From the NCBI GenBank assembly GCA_937952085.1, contig CALFYQ010000101.1, positions 1-58,619 on the forward strand: 58,619 nucleotides of DNA, written 5' to 3'. The stretch's first letter is position 1. Each line of letters begins with the position of its first letter. This DNA is from an uncultured Rhodobacteraceae bacterium (lineage in GTDB: Bacteria; Pseudomonadota; Alphaproteobacteria; Rhodobacterales; Rhodobacteraceae). The translations under genes and the position numbers were made by a program. The notes under the pieces are model-generated. The model saw nothing but the letters and a program-made list of their open reading frames with translations. It did no database searches and was not told the DNA's origin. This document shows positions 57,039 through 58,619 of this stretch, in pieces.

Positions 57039-57986
57039 TTAGAACCAGCCTTTCCGCTTGAAGTAGATCAGCGGAACCGCCGCCGAGATCGCCATCATCA
57101 GGAGCGCGAACGGATAGCCGAGCGGCCAGTCGAGCTCCGGCATGACGTGGAAGTTCATGCCGTAGATCGAGGCGACGAGGGTCGGCGGCAGGAAGATCAC
57201 CGCGACGACCGAGAAGATCTTGATGATCGCGTTCTGCTCCACATTGATGAGGCCGAGCGTGGCGTCGAGCAGGAAGCCGGTCTTCTGCATCAGGTAGCCG
57301 GCATGCTCCGAGATGGTGCGGACGTCGCGAAGCTGCGTCTTCAGCATCGCCTTCGCGTCCTTGCCGGGCTTCTGCGTGTCGATCACCGCGCCGAGAAAGC
57401 CGAGAAGGCGCTCCATCGTCACCAGGCTGTCGCGAAGCTGGGCGAGGCGGCCGTCCTGCCGGCCGATCTCTTTCAGGATCGCCCGGAGGTCGCCCGCGCC
57501 GGCGCTTTCCGCCTCGAAGACGCGGGTCGAGAGCGCGTCGATCTTGCGGCCGGAAATCTCGGTGATGTCGGCGAGCCGGTCGATCACGTCCTCGAGGAGG
57601 CCGATCAGCGCCGTCGCCGCGGAATGGCAGGGGATCGCCGCCTTGCCGGCGCGGCCGGGATAGGTCTCGAACGGGCGCGGCGTGTGCCGGCGCACCGTCA
57701 CCAGCCGGTTCGCGCCGAGCATGAAGGTGACGGGCGCGATCTCGGCGCGGTCGGTCTGGGTGTAGGCCGGCAGGAGCGCCGTCATCACCGCGACGCCGTT
57801 CTCGATGTAGAGGCGGGAGGAGACTTCGATCTCGTCCTGTTCGGCCGGGGTCGGCACGCCGGCCCCGATCAGGCCGCCGACAAGGCGGCGCTCCTCCTCG
57901 TCGGGGCTCAGAAGGTCGATCCAGGCGGCCTCGTCGGGCCCGGACGGGGCGAGCCCGCCATGTTCGACGCGAAACGCCGCCAGCAT
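57039..57986 (-). CDS. corA: CorA-family Mg2+ transporter
   Basis: WIDLLSP, EIEVSSRLY, FLPPTLVASIYGMNF, MPEL, KGWF. Confidence 0.95.
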   Translation of the reverse strand: MLAAFRVEHGGLAPSGPDEAAWIDLLSPDEEERRLVGGLIGAGVPTPAEQDEIEVSSRLYIENGVAVMTALLPAYTQTDRAEIAPVTFMLGANRLVTVRRHTPRPFETYPGRAGKAAIPCHSAATALIGLLEDVIDRLADITEISGRKIDALSTRVFEAESAGAGDLRAILKEIGRQDGRLAQLRDSLVTMERLLGFLGAVIDTQKPGKDAKAMLKTQLRDVRTISEHAGYLMQKTGFLLDATLGLINVEQNAIIKIFSVVAVIFLPPTLVASIYGMNFHVMPELDWPLGYPFALLMMAISAAVPLIYFKRKGWF

Positions 57987-58619
57987 CAGAACCACCCCTT
58001 GCGGCGGAAGTAGATCAGCGGCGCGATCGCCGAGACCACCATCAGGCCGAGCGCGATCGGGTAGCCGTAGGGCGCGTCGAGCTCCGGCATGAAGTGGAAG
58101 TTCATGCCGTAGACCGAGGCGACCAGCGTCGGCGGCAGGAAGACGACGGCGACGATCGAGAACATCTTGGTGATGGCGTTCTGCTCGATGGAGATGAGGC
58201 CGAGCGTGGCGTCGAGCAGGAAGTTGGTCTTCTGCATCAGGAACTGCGCCTGTTCCGAGATGGTCCGCACATCCCGTTGAAGCGTGGCGAGATGGGCCAG
58301 AACCTTCGCCGGCGCGCCGCGCTGGGCGAGGAGCGGCTCGGCGAAGGCGAGAAGCCGCTCGATGGTGACGAGGCAGTCCCGCACATGGGTGATGATCGCG
58401 TCGCGCCAGCCGATCTTCTGGAGGCGCATCTGAAGGTCGGGCTTCTCCCCCGGCGCCGGGCGGAAGACGCTCGTCGTCAGCGCCTCGATCTTGCGGCCGA
58501 CATATTCGATGAGGTCGGCGAGCCGGGCGATGGTCTCCCCGAAGCGGCCGACCAGCACTGGCGCCGGCCCGTCGCAGCGGAGCGCGCCGCGCCCGGCCCG
58601 CGGCGGCCAGGTCTCGAAG
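57986..58619 (-). CDS. corA: Second CorA paralogue (5' end outside window)
   Basis: FLPPTLVASVYGMNFHFMPEL, KGWF; TGATG overlap with the downstream copy. Confidence 0.93.
   Translation of the reverse strand, partial: FETWPPRAGRGALRCDGPAPVLVGRFGETIARLADLIEYVGRKIEALTTSVFRPAPGEKPDLQMRLQKIGWRDAIITHVRDCLVTIERLLAFAEPLLAQRGAPAKVLAHLATLQRDVRTISEQAQFLMQKTNFLLDATLGLISIEQNAITKMFSIVAVVFLPPTLVASVYGMNFHFMPELDAPYGYPIALGLMVVSAIAPLIYFRRKGWF

Overview
GC-rich (roughly 70-75% by eye), densely coding chromosomal segment. Gene content and order point to an alphaproteobacterium, probably Rhodobacterales (inference). In order: fabH-plsX-rpmF-(panE, nitroreductase)-yceD/bamE; an MFS gene; a urate/allantoin catabolic cluster (allA, allantoicase/UGlyAH, puuE-uraD fusion, uraH, puuD); ccmC-D-G without ccmAB; a TIR-TM-FGE/C-type-lectin-fold gene; a DoeA-like M24 peptidase; an orphan GspL-M-N-D type II secretion half-operon; a class III cyclase; a DapA-family/cupin pair; polA; iorAB; USP plus an AGCS symporter; two small genes missing from the ORF track; manC-PMM; the MoxR/DUF58/DUF4159 cluster; map; a Liv-type ABC operon; an extradiol dioxygenase; a LysE/aminotransferase/DMGDH-like operon; a SnoaL-like gene; and tandem corA genes. 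I saw no rRNA, tRNA, CRISPR array, integrase, transposase or reverse transcriptase. Best candidates for novelty: (1) the receptor-like TIR protein; (2) a 59-aa sORF behind an exact EcfG-type promoter consensus; (3) the stand-alone L-M-N-D liposecretin module; (4) a cyclase with non-canonical specificity residues; (5) A/T-codon patches inside genes, one palindromic. All calls come from motif recognition by eye, with no database searches.
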